A program made the translations under genes and the position numbers. A DNA stretch of 37,619 nucleotides, taken from IMG/VR virus record IMGVR_UViG_3300016484_000913, positions 1-37,619 of that record, one strand, 5' to 3'. The notes beneath the pieces are model-generated. The model saw only the letters and a program-made list of their open reading frames with translations, was not told the origin of the DNA and did not search any database. Source of the DNA: a virus. Lineage: Duplodnaviria; Caudoviricetes. Positions 27,615 through 34,903 of the stretch are shown piece after piece (positions within the stretch are counted from its first letter, which is position 1; the number at the start of each line of letters is the position of its first letter).

Positions 27615-27857
27615 TTACTTTGACGCATACTCGGCAGATGTTTGAGCGCTCTCACAGGCAATGGCCTGGTTTGCGGTCATCACCACCTCGCGGATCTTAC
27701 GAACCGCGCAGGTTTGGTCTGCCGATGGCGCCGTGCACGCCAAAATCACCTCCGCAAAGGCCTTCCCGGCATCCCGGATGCGAATATAGCGTTCCTGTTG
27801 GCCAGGCTGCGGCGCGTGGTAGACGAACCAGTTGTCCAGGTCTGTTTGAGTGATCAT
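27615..27857 (-). CDS. Acb2/Tad1-like hairpin protein (putative anti-defence nucleotide-signal sponge)
   Basis: ATG 27857 with GAGGAAG SD; WF.YHAP..GQ.ERY..IR..GK.FA..I....PS.D...A.RK.RE.VM.AN.AIA pattern. Confidence 0.7.
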   Translation of the reverse strand: MITQTDLDNWFVYHAPQPGQQERYIRIRDAGKAFAEVILACTAPSADQTCAVRKIREVVMTANQAIACESAQTSAEYASK

Positions 27858-27969
27858 TTCTTCCTCGAACGCCACACGAACCACCATGACAGGAGAATCC
27901 ACGACGTCTATTTCCTCTCTCATCCCTGCGATCAGCGAGAGCGTGCTCGCTTGGGCACGTAGGCAGGCG

Positions 27970-27975
27970 TAGGAT
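27970..27975 (+). promoter_or_regulatory. -10-like TAGGAT 7 nt before ATG 27983; leaderless promoter candidate
   Basis: Mirrors TAGGCT before the paralogous gene. Confidence 0.45.
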
Positions 27976-27982
27976 GCGGTCC

Positions 27983-28273
27983 ATGAAATGGACGATCTCA
28001 GATGGTACGACCGTGCAACTTGGCGGGAACGTCAGCGGAAAGGGCAAGGTCGCCGTCGCGCTGCGAGCCGACATCGCGGCAACGGCTCGTGGGGAGGCGG
28101 TGTTGGTAAACGTCTACCCTGAGCCCGCCGGATCCGAGGAGCTCAACCTGTCCAACCCGCTTCACGTACACCTATGGGTGGCCGATGCGGCGCGCTTGGC
28201 CGGCGAGACTGTGACCGATGCGCCCGAGATCGAGATCCCGGAAAGCGAATCGGACCCAGACGAGATCTACTGA
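27983..28273 (+). CDS. Antisense partner (putative immunity protein) of the portal C-terminal domain
   Basis: Paralogue of 25497..25796 (W..SDGT, K.AV.L..D, VH.WVA..AR..G, P.IE.PE, IY*); 7-nt stop overlap; alternative start 27974. Confidence 0.85.
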   Translation: MKWTISDGTTVQLGGNVSGKGKVAVALRADIAATARGEAVLVNVYPEPAGSEELNLSNPLHVHLWVADAARLAGETVTDAPEIEIPESESDPDEIY

Positions 28274-28298
28274 TTCGCGAGTTGGCCGAGTGCGAAGT
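28265..28298. repeat. 34-nt repeat copy 2 spanning the convergent stop codons
   Basis: Matches 25788-25821. Confidence 0.9.
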
Positions 28299-31200
28299 TC
28301 ACGGTGTCGGGGTCACGTTTGTTGATTCGCGAGATGATCCTGTTGTCGTGCATGAACTGCACGCCCATGGACGTCACCTCGGTCGCATACCGGCCCTTGT
28401 GCTCGGCGTAGCCCTTTTCGCCTTTACTGCCAGAGTAGACCTTGCCCACGTACGGGTGCCAGAACTCGTCCTCCTGCGTGACCTCGTGCTTCTTGTAGCG
28501 CGCATCGCCGGTCAGTTTGGACATCTTCTTCGGCAGTGCGCCTTTGGCACGGGCCTCGATGAACTCGACCGACTTGGCCGTGAGGCGCGGGTTCGCGGCC
28601 TCTAGCACATGCGCCCACTCGTGGATCGCGGTGCCCTTGTGATGAGATAGGGATGCGTCCTTTAGCCCGACGCCTAGATTGACCGTGCGTTTGGCTGGGC
28701 TGGCAGCGCCACGCAGTCGCTCGTTCGCGTGCCAGGCATAGTCGGTCGGATGCACCAACGACTGATGGCTCATCGCGCCGTAAAACGCGCTCGCCTCGTC
28801 GACGATTCCTTGGGCTTGCTTCGCTGAGATCTTCGAGCCTGTCGTGTGCGTCAGCGTTCCGAGCGTTGCCACGCTCGACCGTTGACCGTCCAGCGCCTGG
28901 TGGTGCGCGGCCAGCTTCGAACTGATGGCGATGCGGTCTGCGATGCCCGGGCGCGTGGCGCGGAGTTTGTCTTCGAGCTCGCCAGCGGTCTTTGCTTTGA
29001 CGCTGCCGATCAGCGCTTTGTGCTCTCGATGGTCGAATACGCCGACGCCAGATGCTTTGAGCATGTCGACGCGGGCATGGTACTCCCGCATGGGCATATC
29101 GCGGCCGCGCGCTGCCATGGCGTGCCCCCACGCTACGGTGCTAGCGGCCTCGCCATACTGCGCCTTGAGCCGCTGCGCGTGATGCGCTGGATCATGCTCG
29201 GGTTTGGGTGGCGCGGGCCTTGATCTCTTGGCCGCTGCGGGCTTTTTTTTTGACGCCGCCTGACGCGTCGAAGCCTTCTTCTTCGCCGCCTTACGCGGCT
29301 TGGCAGCGGCTGGCTTGGCGGACGAATCGCCGCCAGCCTTGCGCTTGGCGGCTTTGCGCTTGGCGGCGGGCTTCTTCGCGACCTTGGCCTTTGCCGCAGG
29401 CTTCTTGGCGGCCTTCTTCTTCGGGGCGCCCTTGGGCGCTGCCGCCTTCTTGCGGGCGGCCTTCGGCTTTGCCCCTGCCGCAGCTCCACCGCCGCCACCA
29501 GCGGCTTTCTTGGCGCCGCCTGGTGCCTTCTTGGCCTTGGTCGCCGAGCCTGCCGAGCCGTTCTTGGGCATGAATTGGCCGCCCTTGCTCGACCCGGCAG
29601 GGTAGTGCTGGACGGCGGCCGTGAGGTCGGGAAAGAGTTCGGTCTGCCGCGCGTCGACAGACGGCTCGGCGTCTTCGGGCAGGTCTTCGAGCACGGAGTG
29701 GCGGCCTGACAGATTCGCCAACACGAGCCCGGCGTGCACGATGTCAGCCAGCTGATCGGGGTCTGCCTCGGCCTGGAATGCCTTCAGCACGGCGTGCCGG
29801 ATCGATTCGTAGTCCTCGGCGCCGTCGATGGCGGCCGTGATCCGCGCAACCATGCCCGTCAGGTTGTCAGCCGCGCGCGAGACGCAGCGCTCGCTCAGGT
29901 CGTCGACGTAGAGCTGGCCGTGCACGAATCCCGGAGCTTCGTCCGGGTCGTCACCGCTGGCGAGGTATACGCCCGCGGCAGAAGCTTCCGACGTCGGGTC
30001 ATCCTCGACCGCGTCTGCGCCGTCGGCTGCAGCGTCATCTTCAGCCGGTTCCTCGTCCTCGACAGGTGCACCGCCGCCGTCGGGATCCTCAGGGTCCGGC
30101 TCCTCCTCGTGCTCCTCCAGTACGACGCCGTATTCCTCCTCGATGGTTTCAAGCGGCAGCTTGTAGCCAGCCGTCTTGAGCCCCGTCAGCGCGTCGGCCA
30201 ACGTCTTGAGTCCCGCCGCCTTTTCGGCGAAATCCTCCGGCGGCTCGGTATGCCAGAACGGGTACGCCGCGAAGTCGCGCGTGCCGAAATTGAACTCCGA
30301 CCACCAGGAAAGGGACTGGAGCTTGATCGGCTTTGCGATCATCCAGGCCGCATTGCGGACGCGACGGTTCTCTTTCTTGTCGTGAACTTGGGCCGCTGCG
30401 CGCGAGCCCTCCTGCACGTTCGTCGAGAGGTTCTGCCCGAGGATCGCGATTGACGCGGCCTCGTCCGCCATGCGGATCTGCGCGCCGTAGATCTGGTCGA
30501 CGTTCGCGTTGGTCTCGATCAGCTTCAGGTCGAAGCCGATCGGCAACGCGATCACGGCGTCTTTGCCGGCCTCGTAGATGTAGTTCGCGACGGCCTCACG
30601 CTCGTCGGCCGTGCTCTCCGGGCTGGCAGTGGCGACGAGTTTCGCGGACTTCTCGGAGTGAATCCCCGCGTCTTGCTGCGCGTATTGCTTGAGCAGCCAC
30701 CACGCGCCGAGCCCGCGCCACAGGCCGTTTGCCCACGGCCGCCACTCGCCACCCTTCGTGACGATCACCCAAGTGCCGTCACCGGCTGCGATAGGAGTCC
30801 AGCGCTCAGTCCCAGGCTCGCGCACGTGCCATGAGTGGTGGCGCTGGTCTCCGGTATGCGGGTGGCCGTCTTTGACGCGCCACGAGAAATGCTGCGGGTG
30901 CCACCACTTGAGCGCCGGAACAACGCGACCACTATCGGTCTCGCGCCATGCCTCGTGCTTCGCGAATCCAACGCCGGTGACGAGCGTCCAGGCGATCAGG
31001 TTGCGCAGCTCGTCGTCGTCGTAGCCGACCTCCCAATCGGCTTCGAGCTCGGCGCTCTTAGGCGCTGAGCCAACCGACGTGCGGAGCGAACGTTCGAACG
31101 TCAGGTCACAGCCAAGCACGTCGTCAGCGAGCTGACCGAGCAGCGCGCCGAATCGGTCATCGGCCATGATGCAGTCGCACAGATTGGCGAGCAGCGCCAT

Positions 31201-31344
31201 GTCGCCAGCATCCGCCCGGCGGAGCACCTGACGCAGCAGCGCAGGCGTCCACAGCACTCCCTGACGCGGCGACGGCGCGCTGATAGGCACCGACGCTTCA
31301 CGCGGCACAGCGCGCAGAGCAGCTGATTTCGCGGACTTGGACAT
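28267..31344 (-). CDS. Portal protein (Mu gp29/DUF935-like) fused to Lys/Ala-rich linker and C-terminal HExxH zincin-like effector domain
   Basis: L..AD.GD, ILGQNLST...GSRAAAQVH portal motifs; follows terL; ~470-aa extension with PAGSSKGGQF, KKAA/KKPAA repeats, HEWAH...PYVGKVY...TEVTSMG. Confidence 0.92.
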   Translation of the reverse strand: MSKSAKSAALRAVPREASVPISAPSPRQGVLWTPALLRQVLRRADAGDMALLANLCDCIMADDRFGALLGQLADDVLGCDLTFERSLRTSVGSAPKSAELEADWEVGYDDDELRNLIAWTLVTGVGFAKHEAWRETDSGRVVPALKWWHPQHFSWRVKDGHPHTGDQRHHSWHVREPGTERWTPIAAGDGTWVIVTKGGEWRPWANGLWRGLGAWWLLKQYAQQDAGIHSEKSAKLVATASPESTADEREAVANYIYEAGKDAVIALPIGFDLKLIETNANVDQIYGAQIRMADEAASIAILGQNLSTNVQEGSRAAAQVHDKKENRRVRNAAWMIAKPIKLQSLSWWSEFNFGTRDFAAYPFWHTEPPEDFAEKAAGLKTLADALTGLKTAGYKLPLETIEEEYGVVLEEHEEEPDPEDPDGGGAPVEDEEPAEDDAAADGADAVEDDPTSEASAAGVYLASGDDPDEAPGFVHGQLYVDDLSERCVSRAADNLTGMVARITAAIDGAEDYESIRHAVLKAFQAEADPDQLADIVHAGLVLANLSGRHSVLEDLPEDAEPSVDARQTELFPDLTAAVQHYPAGSSKGGQFMPKNGSAGSATKAKKAPGGAKKAAGGGGGAAAGAKPKAARKKAAAPKGAPKKKAAKKPAAKAKVAKKPAAKRKAAKRKAGGDSSAKPAAAKPRKAAKKKASTRQAASKKKPAAAKRSRPAPPKPEHDPAHHAQRLKAQYGEAASTVAWGHAMAARGRDMPMREYHARVDMLKASGVGVFDHREHKALIGSVKAKTAGELEDKLRATRPGIADRIAISSKLAAHHQALDGQRSSVATLGTLTHTTGSKISAKQAQGIVDEASAFYGAMSHQSLVHPTDYAWHANERLRGAASPAKRTVNLGVGLKDASLSHHKGTAIHEWAHVLEAANPRLTAKSVEFIEARAKGALPKKMSKLTGDARYKKHEVTQEDEFWHPYVGKVYSGSKGEKGYAEHKGRYATEVTSMGVQFMHDNRIISRINKRDPDTVNFALGQLANQ

Positions 31345-31358
31345 TGACTGACGAGTGT

Positions 31359-31387
31359 TTGCAACCGTGCCAGTGCCGCGCTAATAT
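31359..31387 (+). promoter_or_regulatory. Sigma70-type promoter TTGCAA-N17-TAATAT for antisense two-gene moron
   Basis: Near-consensus hexamers with a 17-nt spacer, 20 nt before ATG 31408. Confidence 0.7.
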
Positions 31388-31407
31388 AGCCGTGGAAGGC
31401 AGGTAGT

Positions 31408-31548
31408 ATGCGATTCGTGGTGTTGGCCACGCTGGACGGCGTCCGGCGTAGGTGTGTCTATGAGACGTCTGGGGAAGCGCTGGCCGCCAAGTCAGCCCTC
31501 CAAGGGGCCGGGTGGTTCGCGGTTATGGCACCGGAGGTGGCTCGATGA
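31408..31548 (+). CDS. Small moron protein (46 aa)
   Basis: Not in ORF track: MRFVVLATLDGVRRRCVYETSGEALAAKSALQGAGWFAVMAPEVAR*; SD-like GGAAGG/AGGT; ATGA overlap with the next gene. Confidence 0.6.
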   Translation: MRFVVLATLDGVRRRCVYETSGEALAAKSALQGAGWFAVMAPEVAR

Positions 31549-31961
31549 ACGCGCCGATCATCGACTGGCACGCTGGCACTGTTGGGGCCAGCCCATTCCC
31601 ACGCGTCGACGAGATCGAGACGCGGGTCAGAGCCGTCGCTCGGGACAACCGGGAGATGGCCGAGCTCTGCAACCTCCTAGAGGCCGAGCTCAGGGCGCAG
31701 GGCGGGCTCCGCGTCCAGCTGGCCAATGTCGAGCGCGAGCGCGACGCGGCGCTGGAGGTCGCGACGCCGCTGTTGGCGCTCTGCCAGCAGCAGCACGAAG
31801 AGATCGAGCAGCTGCGCGCTCAGCTGGCCGCGCTCGTGGAGCAGCGCGACAGGCTGGCGGCTGCTGCTACCGAGCTGTGTGAGGATGTCGAGCGGCGCGA
31901 TCCGGATGGTCGGACGCGCAAGTTGGCCTGCAACGCGAGAAGGGCGGTGCTGGGGATCTAA
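31545..31961 (+). CDS. Coiled-coil moron protein between terL and portal
   Basis: ATG 31545 with GGAGGT SD; heptad-rich; convergent overlap with the terL stop. Confidence 0.75.
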   Translation: MNAPIIDWHAGTVGASPFPRVDEIETRVRAVARDNREMAELCNLLEAELRAQGGLRVQLANVERERDAALEVATPLLALCQQQHEEIEQLRAQLAALVEQRDRLAAAATELCEDVERRDPDGRTRKLACNARRAVLGI

Positions 31962-33439
31962 CTCCACCGCCCACCACTGCGCGTCGGGATCTCCACGCCG
32001 CCGCCACCAGCGAGCGCTGCGTCCACCGCGGCGACCAGAGCGTCCACCTGGTCGTCGTGGAGGTCCTTGACGCCAGTGAATGACGTCACCTCGTCAACGA
32101 ACACGTCGACCCACGGATAGGCCTCGCTGTCAGCTGGGACGAGGATGCGGCCGGCGTTCCAGTGCTCTGACGTCGTCTGCGCGCGGGTGAACTTGTCCCG
32201 CCCCTTCGGATCAAGCACCATCAGCGGGATGCCCTTGGCCTTGATGAACTGCGCCGAGCCCTTTTCGGTACCAGACGCGTACCACCAGAACTTGCCGCCA
32301 CGCTGCGACGACTTCGCGCGCAACGTGAGTGCAAATGCAGGCGCTTCCACCTGTTTGCGCTGGACGTCTACGACGTAGAAACGCCAGTCATCCGGTGATG
32401 CGCCAACTCCGCGGGCTGGTGGCACCGCCCAGACTTCGACGCAAACGCTGAAGTCGGCGTGCGTCTTCTCGGTGTACGAGAGGTCGACGCCAAAAGAGAC
32501 CTTGAATCCGTGCTCAGGGAGCTCCGACCAGTAGGTTGGCTCGCGGAAAAGGCTGCCACCGCGTGGGCGCGGCTCGCCCTGGTACATCGAGGCGAAGTTC
32601 CATTCGTTGGAGCGGCGTCGTTCGAGCCAATACTCAAGCGGGCGCTTCGACGGCCACAACGGGTCACCTGGTTGGCGGTTGTCGCCTTCCGGGATGTGGT
32701 TATCCGCGATCGCTTTGATGTTGATGTACGTGAAGCCGAGTTCGTTGACGAGGTACCCGACGAGGTCGTCTGGATGCCAGCGCGTCATCATCGCAATGAT
32801 CGAGCCGCCAGGATGGACACGCGTCTCAGCTACCGAGTGGTACCAGTCCTTGTGGTTCTGGCGAATCGTTGGCGATTCGGCTTCCTTGCGGTCCTTGAGC
32901 GGGTCATCGATGACCAAGACGCCGTCGATAGGCTCACCGGTCAGCGCGCCGCCAACAGACGTCCAGAGCGTTTGGCCGCCGTCCTTCGTGCGCCACAGGC
33001 CTAGGTTTGCTGTGTCGAGTTCAACGCCTGCGCGCGCGGCAATGCCAGCAGCATCGCGGCCAACACGTTGCGCGCGGTCGCCTGAGTAGGTAGCGTAAGC
33101 GTTGCGGTAGCGCGGGTGCTTCAACGCCCACCACGCAAAGGCATGCTCCGTAGACTGGGACTTGCCAACCTGTGGAGGCGCCGAGAAGCAAATACGCAGC
33201 CCACCACCCGGCGCGCGCTGCAAGACGTCGACGTACGGAGTCAGGTGACGGGGAGACTCCCACCGAGGAGTTACCCTCGGGATGAAGTCCATCAGCGGTT
33301 CAGTGAATTCCGCCTTCGGTTTGCCCGCTCGAACCGCTTGAAGCCTCGCTCTCGCCTTCTCCTCCAGCGAGGTACTCTTCGAGGACCAACTCGAAAATTT
33401 CTGGTTGAGAAAGCCTCTCTGCGACCCGTTGGACGACAT
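31958..33439 (-). CDS. terL: Terminase large subunit
   Basis: APPQVGKS Walker A, LVIDDP Walker B, MTRWH.DDL, YQGEP, GVDLS, HDDQVDA nuclease motifs; alternative start ATG 33292. Confidence 0.96.
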   Translation of the reverse strand: MSSNGSQRGFLNQKFSSWSSKSTSLEEKARARLQAVRAGKPKAEFTEPLMDFIPRVTPRWESPRHLTPYVDVLQRAPGGGLRICFSAPPQVGKSQSTEHAFAWWALKHPRYRNAYATYSGDRAQRVGRDAAGIAARAGVELDTANLGLWRTKDGGQTLWTSVGGALTGEPIDGVLVIDDPLKDRKEAESPTIRQNHKDWYHSVAETRVHPGGSIIAMMTRWHPDDLVGYLVNELGFTYINIKAIADNHIPEGDNRQPGDPLWPSKRPLEYWLERRRSNEWNFASMYQGEPRPRGGSLFREPTYWSELPEHGFKVSFGVDLSYTEKTHADFSVCVEVWAVPPARGVGASPDDWRFYVVDVQRKQVEAPAFALTLRAKSSQRGGKFWWYASGTEKGSAQFIKAKGIPLMVLDPKGRDKFTRAQTTSEHWNAGRILVPADSEAYPWVDVFVDEVTSFTGVKDLHDDQVDALVAAVDAALAGGGGVEIPTRSGGRWS

Positions 33440-33887
33440 CTAACAGCCGGTCGTGTTCTTCAGCGATGGTGTGCACCACCTTTTGTGACCAGCGCTTGGG
33501 GTGCCTGCGTTCGAGCGTTTTCAGCGCGACCTCTGCCGCGGCCGACTTCGCCTTCTGGATTCCTTCGTGGCGCATTGCCAGAGCCGCGATGTGCTCCAAC
33601 TCTGCGACGTACTGCTCATTGCAGTGCGGACAGACGATTTTGACCTCGTCCATCGGCTGGACGGCCCGATGCGCTGCTTCTACAGCTTCGAGCTCGGCTC
33701 GCGCCTGAGCAGCGTTGATCTCGTCCAGGAACCGCTGTGCTTCTTCGTTGCCGCGCTTCGCGCGGGACCGCAGAACGTAGAAGTAGTCAACATTCAACCC
33801 GGCGGCCGTGCACGCGACATGCGGGTGTGCACCCTTGCCGACTGCGTCCAGCACCTTGGCGCGCTGCTCGTTACTGAGCTTCATCAC
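33300..33887 (-). CDS. Putative terminase small subunit with CxxC insert
   Basis: N-terminal HTH (AC.AAGL...Y), LERRHPKRW motif, directly upstream of terL. Confidence 0.75.
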   Translation of the reverse strand: MMKLSNEQRAKVLDAVGKGAHPHVACTAAGLNVDYFYVLRSRAKRGNEEAQRFLDEINAAQARAELEAVEAAHRAVQPMDEVKIVCPHCNEQYVAELEHIAALAMRHEGIQKAKSAAAEVALKTLERRHPKRWSQKVVHTIAEEHDRLLDVVQRVAERLSQPEIFELVLEEYLAGGEGESEASSGSSGQTEGGIH

Positions 33888-33992
33888 ACAACCTGCGCGC
33901 GTCCGTCCTATCGCTCACCTGTCGCAGCGCATTCGCCTCGACCGTTTGCGACACCTCACCGCGCTGCCGCATCGTGCTCTGCCAGCGAGAGG

Positions 33993-34011
33993 CCCTACTT
34001 AACACGTAGGG
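33993..34011. promoter_or_regulatory. Inverted repeat CCCTAC-TTAACAC-GTAGGG in the intergenic region before terS
   Basis: 6-bp arms with an AT-rich centre at the expected late-control or packaging region. Confidence 0.4.
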
Positions 34012-34046
34012 TATCGCCGCTCGATTGACGTCGATTGTGATCGATC

Positions 34047-34277
34047 TCATTCGTCCAACCTCGCGAGGATATAGTCCGCATCCTCTGGGAATGCCTGTCG
34101 TATCAGCGCGCGGGTTGTGTAGACACGGCCGTACGGGCCGGTAGCTTCCTTACGTGATATTCGGTGGGACATCAGCCATCGCTTGGTGCGCGTCTGCGTC
34201 CAGCCGAGCACACGAGCTACCTCGCCAGCTGGGATGATCACCTCGCTCAGCCCAGTTGCAACTTTGCGTCGTGCCAT
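34047..34277 (-). CDS. Small HTH DNA-binding protein (76 aa)
   Basis: ATG 34277; GEVARVLGWTQTRTKRWL helix-turn-helix plus wing (GRVYTT). Confidence 0.75.
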   Translation of the reverse strand: MARRKVATGLSEVIIPAGEVARVLGWTQTRTKRWLMSHRISRKEATGPYGRVYTTRALIRQAFPEDADYILARLDE

Positions 34278-34903
34278 GCCGCGCGCGCCTCCTTCTCCAA
34301 CTGCTCCGCCTGTCGGCAGCACTTCGCCAGCGCCATCGCACGCTCCTCGGCCGCCTTCGCTCTTGGCTGTGCCTTGTGCACCGCCGCGATGACTTCGAGC
34401 CGCTGCGGCGCTGGGATCTGGATTGCATTGGGCTCTGCGCTGGCAGCCGCGACCAACGCGCGGCCCTTGTCGGTCAGGTGGTACAGAGCTCCAACACGGC
34501 CATGCCCGGTGGTGCCGAGCGCCCAGCGGTTGCCCGATTCCCCGAAATACAGGGCCAGCACCGTGGCCGACAACTGCGACCGGCGCTCGACCAGCATCAC
34601 CAACCGGCTGACATGAGCATACCGTTCGAGCACGCGGTCGTCGGGGACGTAGCCGCTGACCTCGTGCGTCTCCGCCGTCGGGCGCGCAGTGATGGCACTG
34701 CGGTGCCCGATGCATACACCGGCCGCGGTGAGCACCGGTTCCATCGGCCAGGTGTACGTGACCGATCCGAACGCCTCCGCGCGCTCCAACATGCCGCCCA
34801 TCGTCGAGCGCTCGAACGCAGTCTGACCGGGGCCGAAGTACCAGAGCAGGTCGGACTCGTCGCGCGGCGAATACTGCGGCACTGGAGCGTGGCTGGCCGT
34901 CAT
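34247..34903 (-). CDS. Hypothetical protein (218 aa), possible late regulator
   Basis: ATGA-coupled to the bEBP stop; position only. Confidence 0.7.
   Translation of the reverse strand: MTASHAPVPQYSPRDESDLLWYFGPGQTAFERSTMGGMLERAEAFGSVTYTWPMEPVLTAAGVCIGHRSAITARPTAETHEVSGYVPDDRVLERYAHVSRLVMLVERRSQLSATVLALYFGESGNRWALGTTGHGRVGALYHLTDKGRALVAAASAEPNAIQIPAPQRLEVIAAVHKAQPRAKAAEERAMALAKCCRQAEQLEKEARAAWHDAKLQLG

Noticed and set aside
25788-28298. 34-nt direct repeats as att sites or transposon ends
   Set aside because: Explained by paralogous overlapping gene ends; homology extends into the coding sequence on both sides.
31360-31373. TGGCACGGTTGC upstream of the portal as a sigma54 promoter
   Set aside because: Spacing is GG-N7-GC, not the required N10; the same bases fit a plus-strand sigma70 promoter.
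33969-33984. TGGCAGAGCACGATGC upstream of terS as a sigma54 promoter
   Set aside because: Spacing is GG-N11-GC, one base off.
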